Assembly (NCBI GenBank): GCA_002633005.1 | Contig: NMRA01000594.1 | Span: forward strand, 71,976 to 135,975 | Source: Phoronis australis | Lineage: Eukaryota; Animalia; Phoronida | Length of the DNA stretch: 64,000 nt | Reading direction: 5' to 3' | In this document: positions 53,501 through 64,000 of the stretch, piece by piece | Position numbering within the stretch: position 1 is the stretch's first letter | Layout: each line of letters opens with the position of its first letter | The notes under the pieces: generated by a model | Database searches by the model: none | The model's input: only the letters and a program-made list of their open reading frames with translations | What the model was told of the DNA's origin: nothing | Made by a program: the position numbers and the translations under genes

Positions 53501-56500
53501 AGACAACTACAAAAACATAACGGCCTTTTCCCGTTGGCTCCCAAGTCACTCGATTCTATAGCCCAGAAAACAGTTGGGAAGATTACCCCTGCAGTCAACA
53601 TCTTACCCGACTGATTGACGCCATTCTGGAATTTGGGGTTGGAGAGCCAGCTCTCTTTTGCTCGATAATTGTTCTAATCTCTAATAAGATCGTATCTAGC
53701 CTGATTGGGTTGTGCTTTTAAAAACAAAATTCAAGTTAATACATATTTGAACATAAACCAATAGCAGTTCTGAAACACGTGGTCTGTAACAAGCCTAGTA
53801 GATAATTGGCCTGCCTGTTGTCATACCCGACAAAAGACTGTGCTTGGCAGGAACTAAATGTTATCACACTCTCAGCTCCCTCTACGTCTGGGAAAGTCAC
53901 TGAACGGGAGAACTCGGTCATGAAGGAAGGCAACATTAATCGCCTGAAAGGTCACACGGATTCAGTTGATGAGAGCATCCACGGGAAAACATTTACTGAC
54001 ATACACCCAACACCTGTCAGCCCGCCTGAGGTCTTCAAGATAACATGGCGTTCGTTTATCCAGTCAAGTACCCAATCACATTATATACATATCAAGTGCA
54101 GTAAACACATGCGGTATGTTGCATTTGTTCATGGTGAGGTGACTAAACTGTCCCACTGGAGAACGTCAGACAAAGTCAGGTAACACTTGTAAAAAATATG
54201 GAGTACGTCAACAGAATGCCTGAAAATTGATGTAAAAGGTGTTCTCACTAAATGATATCACCAATAAGCGGCTACCACCATTGAGCTCTTCGGAAAAATG
54301 ACACGTTTTGGCACTGGGTCCTAACATTGTCCTGATCTGGTTTCGCTAAGACCCGAGCTGTCTTCAGTTCGTCGAATATCTCTTGAAGTTCAGCATTTGC
54401 ATCCCTGTTGCGTTGAGGGTGACGTTTTCTGTGTACGAGTGTCTAAAATAGTGCCAGTGCAACCAACCCCTTTTTCAACTATGCTGCCCTGAATCGGAAA
54501 GGCCAAAAAACTTTGAGGCAAGTAGTCGAAAACTATTTTATTTCAACGAAAAATACAGTGTTAAGAACTCTTTGATCAACTAACGATGAGCAAGGACACA
54601 TTAAAATTGGATCACTGTGCCATTGTTTCTAACGCGGAGTGGTTTCCAACCATAACCTGTAATTAAGCTACGCCGCGTCAAGTGATTTCAAAAGGAAGAA
54701 ATTTAAAGAGACTTACTTCAGATGATGGCTGTCCCTCATTGTCACCTTTTAAGTCCACAACTGGGCCTGACGAAATCACAGTTGAAACACCTATTTATAA
54801 ATACATGCTAGATATATATACAAGTACAATGTCTGCACAAAGATGAATATCTGTTTTCTGGGTTACTTGTTCTATTTGATACTCTTTGTTGCGCGGAATG
54901 AAGTGTTTGAATTAAAATGTGTTGATACCTAATGGTATTTCTAACAGTGATACATCCAGAATTCCACTGCTTGTAATGGAGTAGCCAGAAGGGGCACGGC
55001 GGGAGCGGGGGGCACAGCACCGGGGAAATATTCAATGTAAATTTAATACAATATTCGTGTTTTTTTATTTCATTTATTGCAACTCCAGATCGCCAGCAAT
55101 TTGAGTACTGGCTAATCTAGTGACTTTTAGCCACACTCGCGAAAGCTACTTACTATCGAACGCAAACGTGTTCCTTTGCGATCGTGTATAATGTACTCAT
55201 CATACAAGTATGAAGCGCCAAAGGATTCTTAAATGAGTACCCTTCTGTGCGTAGAAATGCGCTTAATCTATGCATAATTTGCTTAATCTACGCGTACTTT
55301 TAATCAGTTCGCATCGTCCATTTACGCCCGTGCTCTAAAAATAATTGATAAACAGCAAAACGATGATCGTTTAAGAACTAAATGTACTCCTAGGTTAAGC
55401 AAATCTACGCGTACTTAGAATAAGGCTTCTCAAACTATTATTAATAACTTTCGCGCATTGAAATATGCTCGTTCTTAGTTCATTTTTGCTTAATCTACGT
55501 GTAATTTTGCTTAAATCTGGCGTGCGTTTGTTTAATCCACGCGTACTTTTAGTTCTTAAGCAGCCATCGTTCTGCTCTTAGTCAATTCATCTGAGAGCAC
55601 AGGCGTGATTGGACTATGTAAAACTGATTAAAAGTGCGCATTGATTAAGCAAAAGTGGGGCCTACACAGATATTCAGCACATCTAATGTACTCGCATGAA
55701 CGGGAGAATTTCACTCGCTTAGCGTTTGCTGTTAACTCGTATGGCAAGTGCATTACGTTGTCAAAAATTGCGTTCCATAGCTTATTGCTGTTGCATGAAC
55801 TAGATGATGTGAATTTGCAGAGCACGACCAAGTGACTAATCGTTGAGGTACATGCATAAAATAACCCAGGACTTAATGTGACCAGATACAAACATAAGAC
55901 AACCACAAACTGTTGAACTCCGACAACGAACTGCTCACATGAGTTCATAATAGTGTGTTCGCGAATGCGCATAGCTTATTTCCTGACAACAAAGGATGTC
56001 TAAATTATGTAAGATATAAGCGTGTGTTGGTTTATTGAACAATTATTATAATTCACGCACCCGGTTCAGAATATAAGTGAGGCCCAGATACTGAGGTCCT
56101 TCACAAGTTACACGAATGGGTGTAGAGAATAATAACAGAGGATACAGTGCGTAACGTCTCTTTAATAGGAAAGAAACACTACGTGATTTTAAAAAAGAAA
56201 AAACTGTTGATGTAGACTTTAGGTTGAGAATTGGTTTTGTCTTGTTACTTACTCAGTTTAAAAGTTATCTCTCATATTCGCGTCACTTCTTTTGAGTACG
56301 GGGCAATCTGAGACCAATTTCATATCGTTAAAACAGAAAGCACAATTTTCAGGAAGTGATGAACAATACCAGCATAATAGAAAACAACGCAATGACAGTA
56401 ATATAGAAACTGCTAAACTTTTACAAACCTCCACGTTCTTGTGGCAAAATCTGAAAAATACAAATTCAAAGAAAGTTAGTAAATCTGCTCAATCCGAAAT

Positions 56501-59500
56501 TCGCCTACAAAATACAATTAATTTGACGTCTAAGACCGTGGGTGACCTGAAGGCACTTTATCTTAAAGGTCGCCATAGGAGAATCATTCAAAATACACAG
56601 TATGATAACTTGAAACCATCCTAGTGTCACCTTAGTGTAAGTATTGCATTGTGAAGTCGCAAGATGAGGTCTCGTCTTCACCTCAACCCTACCTTAGAGT
56701 AGTCTCAGAAGTTTTGAAAAAACCTCTCGCGAAGTCCTGTTGCATATAAAAAGCACCCACGCAGCGTTGAATTTGTCATTGTTTACATGGATACTAATAA
56801 CTGTGTTGTCGAATTTATGTTATTATTATTATTATTACTATTATCATTTTCATGTTTAATATTGTTTCTGTAGCAGATTCTACGTACTATATTCGTAATA
56901 CCTATTATAGTAACAGGCAATATTAACATCATCGTCACCATCATCATCGTTATTATTATTGTTGATATTGTTTTGTCTATAGAAGCATAGACGTAGAGCC
57001 GGGGCATTCGAGAACAGAACAAAACGGCTAACCATGTTGACAGAATTAAATACAACACAGCGCTTGTAAAAAGTTCTTCCCCTAACCAAACACTATTGTT
57101 AAAGTCCCCGATTTTTCGCAGTACAGATTGTCTAAGCCCACCAGAAAACCTACACGTCTCCTGAAATTCAAGATCTAAACTTTTATCAGGGTACCACTCT
57201 TTGGCAATGAAATAACGAAATCATCATTTCTGCGCTTTTGCTGAATAAGCATTTGCTTTTATTAAAATGGGATCCTAAAGGGAACAAGCCCTAATGATCA
57301 TACATTTGCTGCTCTTTTCATATTTTTTCAGTTTTTCATAATTACGGGCCCAAACTCTAGGTGATAATCCGTTGGTTATCTGTCACTTTGGCTGTTTTAT
57401 TTATACACATTGGTCAATCACGGAAGGTGCCTCTACTATGAACGACTGTGTTTCCATGTCATTATGAACTGACGACAATTTGTAAATTACACGAAGATAA
57501 CATATGTATTATTCCTGATGGTTTTATAAGAATGCAAACTTCCTTACTTTCCCAAATAATTTCATGGACTGTACTTCTTAGGAAAAGAGCTACTAGATAA
57601 ACATGGCAGATATGTTTGACCCCAAAGAGTCGAATTAGTGTCAAACGTTACCGTCTAGGGTTTTTATTGATTGGGTAAAGCGTATTTATGTAACATATGA
57701 GGTGTCAAAGGCACATATAGGGCGATTTTTTAGTGCAAGGCTTACTGGTGAACTGTACAGGCCACCACTGTAATGAAGCAGAATTGCTAAGTCCTGGGAT
57801 TTTTTGGGTAAGATGCTACCTCCTCAATGCTCTTGCAGTTGCCTTTTAAGAACTTGCGTGCATGCCTTCGGGAATTGCCTCAACAAGCCATTCCATAAGT
57901 TAAACATTTAATAAAAAGATCTCGCACTTAACTTACCGCAATTAACTAAAAAGGCACAGCATGTTTCTTTAGTGCTTAAAACTTCATTTTAGAAAAAAAA
58001 TCCAATGTGATGCTGCCGACTATGCACCAGCCTTCAAACTTGCATTAAATAACATTTTGTCAATCTTAAATAACATTAACGATCAATTTTTACTTAGGTT
58101 GATAAAATTCCATCGATTCCATATTGGAGGAACCAACGTTACAAACTTGGTACGCAGGTTTCAAGGTTTGAATAAGCCCCCAAGACAGTGTATCAGGGGC
58201 ACTGGAATCGCACCGTTTCAAAATTTACCTTCAAACCGTGAATTTTGTTAATGAAATAATTTTTCCTTAAACTGGTTCTGATCAACCTTTTTTGTTGTGC
58301 TTCATTTCTAGTCCAAAATACTCGTAACTACAGTCTAAGGTTTGAGACATTGTTTCAGTATATCTCAATTATACAAATAAGGTGTTTGAATGATGATTTA
58401 ACTCATTAAAATGTGTATTTAGCGATCAATTTTGTATAATAACTATAAAACTGCAAACAGCAGCAGAGAGTAAATGAATTAAAAATCACGAATGCGTTTC
58501 CAAAAATATTTGTGCAGAAAACGTGTTTGTATTATCCACTTACGTCTACTTCTTTGCTGAAAAGCGTATCTCTTGTACCCTGGTGTTCCATCAAGACTTC
58601 CATGAACACCGTTGAACCTACTATTGGCCCTTTGTCATTCCCTCTTGCATCAATTGAAATCCCTATGTTCTCCCAAGCTTCCATGTCGACTGGCAACTTC
58701 GGGGATTCCTTAAAATTCTCTCCAGTTTCAGTCGACTGCGTAGACCACGTTGTTTCAAATTTGATTTTAGATTCACGGTGCACTTCGCTTGGATAATTTG
58801 TGTCACATTTATGTGGCAGGTAATCCGATGAATAAGCAGTGTGACAAAATAAGGTAAGTGCTAAACCATACTCCTTCCTGAGAACCCGAGGGCACAACTT
58901 AGCTCTGAATGTTCTAGTCAAACAATTGCGTAGCTTATCTACAAATGTCGATTCAGTTGTCCACCCAATTAAATGTTTAGAGGTATCATGGCAGAGATAA
59001 ACCAATTCCTCGCCTTGCAGGTGAGCTTCACTCGTACTGGTAATGTCGGTCGCTGTCCCATTTGACTTACATATGATAAAGAACCCAGAATCTTCACGCA
59101 CAGTTTCAACCCGCTGTTGCAGAATGCTTCTCACGTTCACTCTGACTTTGAAGGGTTGGTTGGAATTATCGTGTTCAGAGGTGTCAACACAAATTCTTTT
59201 CGGGAGCAACTTCAGTGATCCCTTCTCAAGCTCGTCCTTAACAAGATTCATGAGCAGCGGCTGGTCAACTTCAATAAGTTTATACGAGACGCCTTGTTCT
59301 TGTCCTTGTTCTTGTTCTTGTTCTCTTGCTATGAAAGGATATTTTAAAATATAGTTTAAAATGGTACTGTAGGTAGCTCCAATGTAAGAACAGTTATACT
59401 CATACGGATTTCATGATCTAAACTGGTCATTTACTGGAAATGATACACAAATATATTTCTACACTATTTTAAGTGCACGATGTTTTCGCCACAGTCACGG

Positions 59501-62500
59501 ATAATTTAATTTCAGACGTTATGCAGGATTGCCAATTAATTAGATTTTTTCGAAATAACTTCAAAGTTCCGGTTGTCCTTTCGTTTTCAAAAAGGGAGCA
59601 GTGGTGAGCAAAACTAATCAGTAGCCTAAACCAGGACTTAGCCTTACTTCAAATGAAGTCAACGTTGGTGTAAGAATTTTTGATCCACCAAAATTAAAAA
59701 ATGATTAAGTTAAGTTATACATAACCCAGAAAGCGCCAAGAGGCATTAGATCTGGGTTAAAATACAAAGAAGTCTATATACAGTTATAATACACGAATAC
59801 ATTAATAAAATACTGATTTTAAGATTGCAATGATATAATTACGAATGTAAATAATTCATTTCTGTACACGTATACAATTTTGTCCACTCACACAAAGAGA
59901 TTTTATGTTATGAAGAAATTCTGATACTATTTCAAATAAAACCTTATTTTCATTTGGGTTGAGTTTTTGGCATCCATATAGAAAAAATGATTTTGTTGTA
60001 CAATTGCGCGAATTAAGAATATTTTTTTAAACGTTGGGGTATTCTTCGATTGTCTGGAAAAGCTGTACCCTCTGTTCCTTGCATACCTCATAAGGAGAGA
60101 CAACATGAGGATATGTCTGAGTGTCTCCACAGGAACAAAGAAAAAATTAATTAATTTAGGAGTGGTTGGAAAATTCTATCATTCAGTAAAATCGTTGTAT
60201 GCGCAGACAGAAGCCTGTGTACAATTAGGTCTGTCAAGTTATACCAACTGGTTTCCAGTACAAAGAGGGGTCAGGCAGGGAGATCCATTGTCGCCTACAT
60301 TGTTTTCAATTTTCATAAATGATTTGATTAATGATTTGAACAGTTGTAGCAAAGGTATCAATTTTGATGGATGTAATTTATCATGTCTGTTGTATGCAGA
60401 TGACATTGTGATTTTTTCTGGTAATGAAGCCTATTTACAGGATTTACTGAACGTATTAAGTAATTGGTGTGCAAGGTGGCAAATGTCCGTAAATTTTTCC
60501 AAGACTGATGTGGTTCATTTTCGCAAGAGGGGACATGTAAGAACGAGTTTTGAATTCATTTTGTGCGATCGCATTGTGAATTTAAAAGAATGTTATAAGT
60601 ATTTGGGTGTAACTCTGAATGAGTTTATGGATTTTAGTTTGACAGCTGAGATACTGGCGGACTCCGCGTCCAGAGCGTTGGGAGCTCTGGTGAGCAAGTA
60701 CAAACATATTGGTAACATGGGTTTCAACAGTTACAGTAAATGTTTTGAAATGTCCGTAGCTTCAATTCTAGAATATGGATCTGGAATTTGGGGATACTCT
60801 CAATACTCCAAATGTGAAATGATCAGAACGAGAGCTCTACGTATATTTTTAGGGGTCCACAAGTATGCTGCCAATGCAGTACTTTATGGCGACTCGGGTT
60901 GGCCAAATTCACACTACAAACAACAGGAAAATATGCTACGGCTCTGGAATCGTTTAGTTCTAATGGATGAAAGCAGAATTGCAAAAAAAGTCTTTTTATG
61001 GGACCTTAAACATCGGAACTGCAACTGGTCAAGTTCAATATTTAAAATTATGGAGAAGTGCGACTTTTTAGAAAATTTCAGGAACAAACAAGTTGTGTCT
61101 CTCGAAAACTTCAGAACATTCAGGTTCCAGTTAGAAGAGTTAAATTGGTTAAAAATAATCACTGAGAAACCAAAACTGTACTTATATAGATCTATTAAGA
61201 ATGACTATTGTGTAGAAGAGTATTTACGTCTGCCGGTGTCTCAGAGGTCCGTCATAGCTCGATTGAGAGCAGGTATTCTACCATTAGAGGTTGAGGTGGG
61301 GCGGTACTTCGGAATTCCTGTGAATGAACGGATTTGTCGTGTTTGTAAAAAAGGAATTGAAGATGAAGTTCATTTCATTTTTGATTGTGAAAAATATACT
61401 CACATTCGACCATATTTTTTACGGCGTTCTGCCCTACCTCAAATATTCCAAAATAACTTGAAAGGTCTAGCGAAATTCATTCAAGACGCTTTGCAGGTTA
61501 GAAGTAATTGTTTGTTTATAAACTAGTCTGAAGTGGTCATATTTGAGCTTGTGCAATTTGTTATGTAATGATTTAATTATTATTAGGTGACTGAGTAAGC
61601 CCATTGAGGCTGGGGGGTGTGGTGAATAATCTGTATTTGATATTGTATTTACTGGTACCCTTATGTCACTATAATAAATAAATACACACACAGAGGCAAT
61701 ATATTATTAAAATTATGTCTAAATTTCTGTTTGTTTAGGAATAGACCGTATTTTGATCTGCATAGGGCTATTTCATGGTTGCGAGGAAATTGGAATGATG
61801 TCAATGGGACTGGCAAGTCTTGAGTGGTGGTATGCATTTGAAAGTTATTTTTGAGAGTGACGATTGAAGAATTTTCTTTTAGTTTGAATGGTAAGGAGTT
61901 CGTTGTCAATACTAGGTAATATCGTTAATCTCCTGCAGGCTTGGCTGATGGAAGATTAAATAGTGTGCATATTACTTTGCCGGAGTCCTGGACTCGTGCT
62001 TGGTGTTTTGTAGAAGTCAAACAGGATTTTGTTAGAATAATCGTTTATGTTGGTTAAGACTTTGAATGTACATGTATACATGGACAGGGGGAGTTTTAGA
62101 CGGGTTGCTGGTTTGCTTCAGTTTAGACTATTTAGAGCCTTGATTGTGTTGGACCCTTTTTATGCCCCTGTTATGGCTAAAGCTGCTTGGTATTGTAGTT
62201 TTTCTGATTGAAGAAGCATGCAAGCGTTTGGCGATTGGTAGATTATGTCACAATAATCTAGATGTGGAAGTACAAAAGACTTGAACAGAGTTTCACGATG
62301 CATGGAAATGAGATGACGAGAGATAATTCTAATTGGATTAATTAATTTTTGTACTTTATGAACGAGTTCGCGACAATGAGGAAAAAATGTAAGGTTATGG
62401 TCTAGTAGGAAGCCAAGATGTTTGTGCGTGAATTTATTGGGAATAACTTCCCCATTGAGTGATTATTCCAGCGTTGGATTTGTTTGGAAATGAGTATGAT

Positions 62501-62932
62501 TAGACTTAGAAATATAATATCAATACTTTTCAGGTTTAAATTTCATTAAGTAGTCGAAGCAATAGTATCGAGTGCATGCTTGAAGATAGGCATGATGGCT
62601 GATCAAATAATTGCAACTGACTGGCATCAGCGCAGAATGTCCAACTCTTCTAAAAGGGACACAGCATCTTTTGAAACGCTCCCCAAAATGTTCCCAGTGA
62701 CATAACAAGCACTAATTATACAAGTAGTGTTATAAGTGCAGGGCTGTAGGAAGCGGGNGTCAGTGTTAAACCGTGGCAACCGACGTGTGGGGAGGGGACA
62801 GTCGACAAAAAAGACTTTTGAATGCGGATAAGAGATAAAACTCAAGAGGACATTTTACAACTCTGTATCAGTTCATGATTTACCTTTTGAGGACCCTGTT
62901 TTTCGGGTCTCCGCTTTCACAGCACAGGCCGT
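43990..62932 (-). CDS. Multi-exon caspase (peptidase C14A) with long ZU5/UPA-like pro-domain; 5' end outside the window
   Basis: Exons 62932-62884, 59328-58544, 56450-56429, 54790-54717, 54442-54326, 53043-52984, 52070-52001, 50992-50894, 50108-49921, 47284-47197, 45817-45635, 44333-43990 all have AG/GT boundaries and compatible phases. They total 2079 nt (692 aa + stop). Caspase motifs: GMVVIINN, R-S-G-S, FSHG, PKVFIFQACRG, AYATTEG, AYR..EGSLYI. Catalytic-domain exons are firm; the upstream linkage is inferred. Confidence 0.8.
44476..44900 (-). mobile_element. LINE 3' end with (AATA)n tail, in the last caspase intron
   Basis: (TATT)n tract at 44476-44527 adjoins a GAGGGTGGCCTCTTC..GAGGGCCCTC stem-loop typical of CR1/L2 3' UTRs. 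Confidence 0.6.
45635..45817 (-). CDS. Caspase exon with catalytic Cys (QACRG) and intersubunit linker
   Basis: ttccag acceptor, gtaagg donor; DLPKVFIFQACRGNMVNIPVITTDG...NIVTAYATTEG; 183 nt, phase 1-1. Confidence 0.95.
47197..47284 (-). CDS. Caspase p20 internal exon
   Basis: ttacag/gtagga boundaries; KGILTSDQKYLNQEKIIEAFQGDKLKEMK bridges SHGDE to DLPKVF in frame (phase 0-1). Confidence 0.9.
47505..47949. mobile_element. Harbinger/PIF-like MITE nested in the Kolobok element
   Basis: TIR GGGCCATTGGGGGTAAAGTGTCGCCG / CGGCGACACTTTCCCTTCAACGGCCC; repeated TTACG subterminal motifs. Confidence 0.75.
48761..49141. other. Assembly gap
   Basis: Run of 381 N. A roughly 60-bp tandem unit (ccgagccactggcc.ggataac) abuts it at 49147-49228. 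Confidence 1.
49921..50108 (-). CDS. Caspase exon with catalytic His (SHG)
   Basis: attag acceptor, gtaaac donor; GSEKDEEKVKSLF...LLVFIFSHGDE. Confidence 0.92.
50894..50992 (-). CDS. Caspase p20 first exon
   Basis: GVYPKTGRGMVVIINNINFFGKKGIKDSAMTRSG matches the caspase 'RG.alIINN..F......R.G' motif; 99 nt, phase 1-1. Confidence 0.9.
51145..51250. repeat. About 26-bp minisatellite, 4 units
   Basis: gatgtattgtaatgaaactgaacact-like units. Confidence 0.75.
52001..52070 (-). CDS. Caspase linker exon (probable)
   Basis: ttattttag acceptor, gtttgt donor; FVMSLFQASNYIIQGTAPGTREE; phase 0-1 fits the next exon. Confidence 0.6.
52984..53043 (-). CDS. Caspase linker exon (probable)
   Basis: ttattttcag acceptor, gtgggt donor; only phase 0 is open: VVVLNCNIAVNLFIQCEDVK. 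Confidence 0.5.
53500..54080 (-). repeat. Decayed copy 3 of the unidentified protein-coding repeat, in a caspase intron
   Basis: QQAGQLS..YWFMFKYV..FLKAQPNQARY..NYRAKES..QNGVNQ..GVIFPT, homologous to 4840-5330. Confidence 0.75.
54326..54442 (-). CDS. Caspase pro-domain/linker exon (probable)
   Basis: tattttag acceptor, gttagg donor; TLVHRKRHPQRNRDANAELQEIFDELKTARVLAKPDQDN; phase 0-0. Confidence 0.65.
54717..54790 (-). CDS. Caspase pro-domain/linker exon (probable)
   Basis: aaatag acceptor, strong gtaagt donor; VSTVISSGPVVDLKGDNEGQPSSE; phase 1-0. Confidence 0.65.
56429..56450 (-). CDS. Candidate 22-nt microexon of the caspase
   Basis: tatttttcag acceptor, gtttgt donor; ILPQERG; supplies the phase 0-to-1 conversion needed between the flanking exons. 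Confidence 0.4.
58544..59328 (-). CDS. Large exon encoding a ZU5-UPA-like module (caspase pro-domain)
   Basis: 785-nt open exon with tttcatag acceptor and gtaagt donor. The pattern LL..RI.V...NQPFKVRV...FFIIC...TDIT...LVYLCHDTS.HLIGW...TFRAKL...LTLFCH resembles the ankyrin/UNC5/PIDD ZU5-UPA. Coding status is strong; the domain call is by eye. Confidence 0.7.
60140..61690 (+). mobile_element. 5'-truncated young non-LTR retrotransposon (RT + CCHC knuckle, RTEX-like), ORF uninterrupted to 61526
   Basis: GVRQGDPLSPTLFSIFIND, LLYADDIV, YKYLGV, LRAGILPLEVEVGRY, RICRVC...EDEVHFIFDC; 3' AATAAATAAAT tail; antisense within a caspase intron. Confidence 0.95.
61693..62840 (-). mobile_element. Degenerate CR1/L2-like RT 3' fragment
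   Basis: Minus-strand pieces HKHLGFLLDHNLTF..H, LFKSFVLPHLDYCDIIY and NSLP..LKE..S..T.K..F. Confidence 0.75.
62884..62932 (-). CDS. Most upstream candidate caspase exon in the window
   Basis: gtttag acceptor, gtaaat donor; TACAVKAETRKTGSSK; ends in phase 1, as the 59328 exon requires. Confidence 0.45.
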
Positions 62933-64000
62933 CTAAACGCACTTAGAAACGTGCACGTACATGTAATCATTCATACACACAATTCGAAAAATCGAGAAAC
63001 ATCGTAAAGCGAAGCTTTGGCTGAGTGTATTAATTCATTGGATTTTTAAATTTAGTAAGTCAATTTTTCGAGTGCCAAACCATAATTTTCCAGAGACCAC
63101 TGCCTGGCAAAGGATAACGGAGACGACTGTCCCTTTTTCTCAAATTGTATATCATTTCACCAAAATTGATGAACTGACAGATTTCGTCAATTGCTGCACA
63201 TTTCTTGATTTTTAAAAATATAGATATTTTCACTTAGAGGGCCCATTGATGACATTCAAGTGACCATAGTTCTTATATTTCTGTTTACAAATTCTTAAAG
63301 GTAAGCTCACGGAGAGAGGGCCCAATGTTGGATTCCATTATGTCTATTTTCCTGTTTTTTGTGAAATCGTGCAACCAATTTTCATGTTGAAGAATGTCAC
63401 TTCATGCGCCGTCGTCTGACTACACGGCGAAGGAATGAACTGTCACTAGCTTAGTGATGTTTAGCTTTTCATTGTTAAAGGATCACATTTCAGGGAGGAC
63501 CCTCTCTCTTAGTGGAGCAGTTCGGACAAATGTCACTTTGTTCCTATTTACATGTAAATCCGACACTGCCAAGTACTCACGAGGGAAGCTGTGATTCGAA
63601 ATTCATCAAAAAAAAAAACGCAAAACGTTCATGCACAGCACAGCAGTATCAGGACATTCGACCCAAACAACCAAAAAATATTTGAAAAAAATACAATAGG
63701 ATTGACGGTCATCGTAAAGGAGTCAGGACTTTTAAAGAACATGAAGACCGTTGTTTGTTAATGACACAAATAGGACCATTTCAGATGGTTATATACAAAA
63801 TAATTTTACTGTTTCCCATGTTATCACAAGAAATGTATCCCTTTTAAAGATGGTTACTATGAGTTGTTTATAAGGAATTCTCACATGTGGAAAACACTGC
63901 TGTCGAGACTACATGTACCATTGGGGTGACCGTGTACATGTCGTAGGAGTGTACCCAAATATTCGCAATAATAAACAAATTGAACAAATATTTCAGCGGG

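Noticed and set aside
55200-55560. Regularly recurring tgcttaatctacgcgtac motifs, superficially CRISPR-like
   Set aside because: Eukaryotic context, irregular spacing, degenerate units and no cas genes; likely subterminal repeats of a DNA transposon
56783-57089. Hydrophobic or Asn-rich ORFs
   Set aside because: Derived from (ATT)/(ATC) low-complexity sequence
51550-59870. Homologous segments at about 51550-51690 and 59720-59870 in caspase introns
   Set aside because: They look like two insertions of the same retroelement 3' end, not conserved regulatory elements

Overview
Eukaryotic, intron-rich, AT-rich animal DNA, probably from a marine invertebrate (inferred from the TE repertoire). It is draft-assembly quality, with one 381-nt N gap and single-N joins. 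Two host genes can be assembled by hand from GT-AG exons. (1) On the minus strand, a 5'-incomplete caspase (about 12 exons, 43990 to at least 62932, about 692 aa in the window) has intact SHG and QACRG catalytic motifs. Its long pro-domain looks like a ZU5-UPA module rather than CARD/DED; this is the most interesting object here. (2) On the plus strand, the 3' half of a kynurenine aminotransferase (KYAT1/3-like, exons 17727-31195) carries a +1 frameshift just after the PLP lysine. The rest is mostly transposon debris: an ISL2EU derivative (THAP + SAP/SWIM/YqaJ, AT TSD), a Kolobok derivative (TTAA TSD, THAP), Harbinger-like elements, BEL/Pao, Penelope and several LINEs. There are also three decayed copies of a protein-coding repeat I cannot assign to any family. 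Domain calls come from motif recognition by eye, not database searches.
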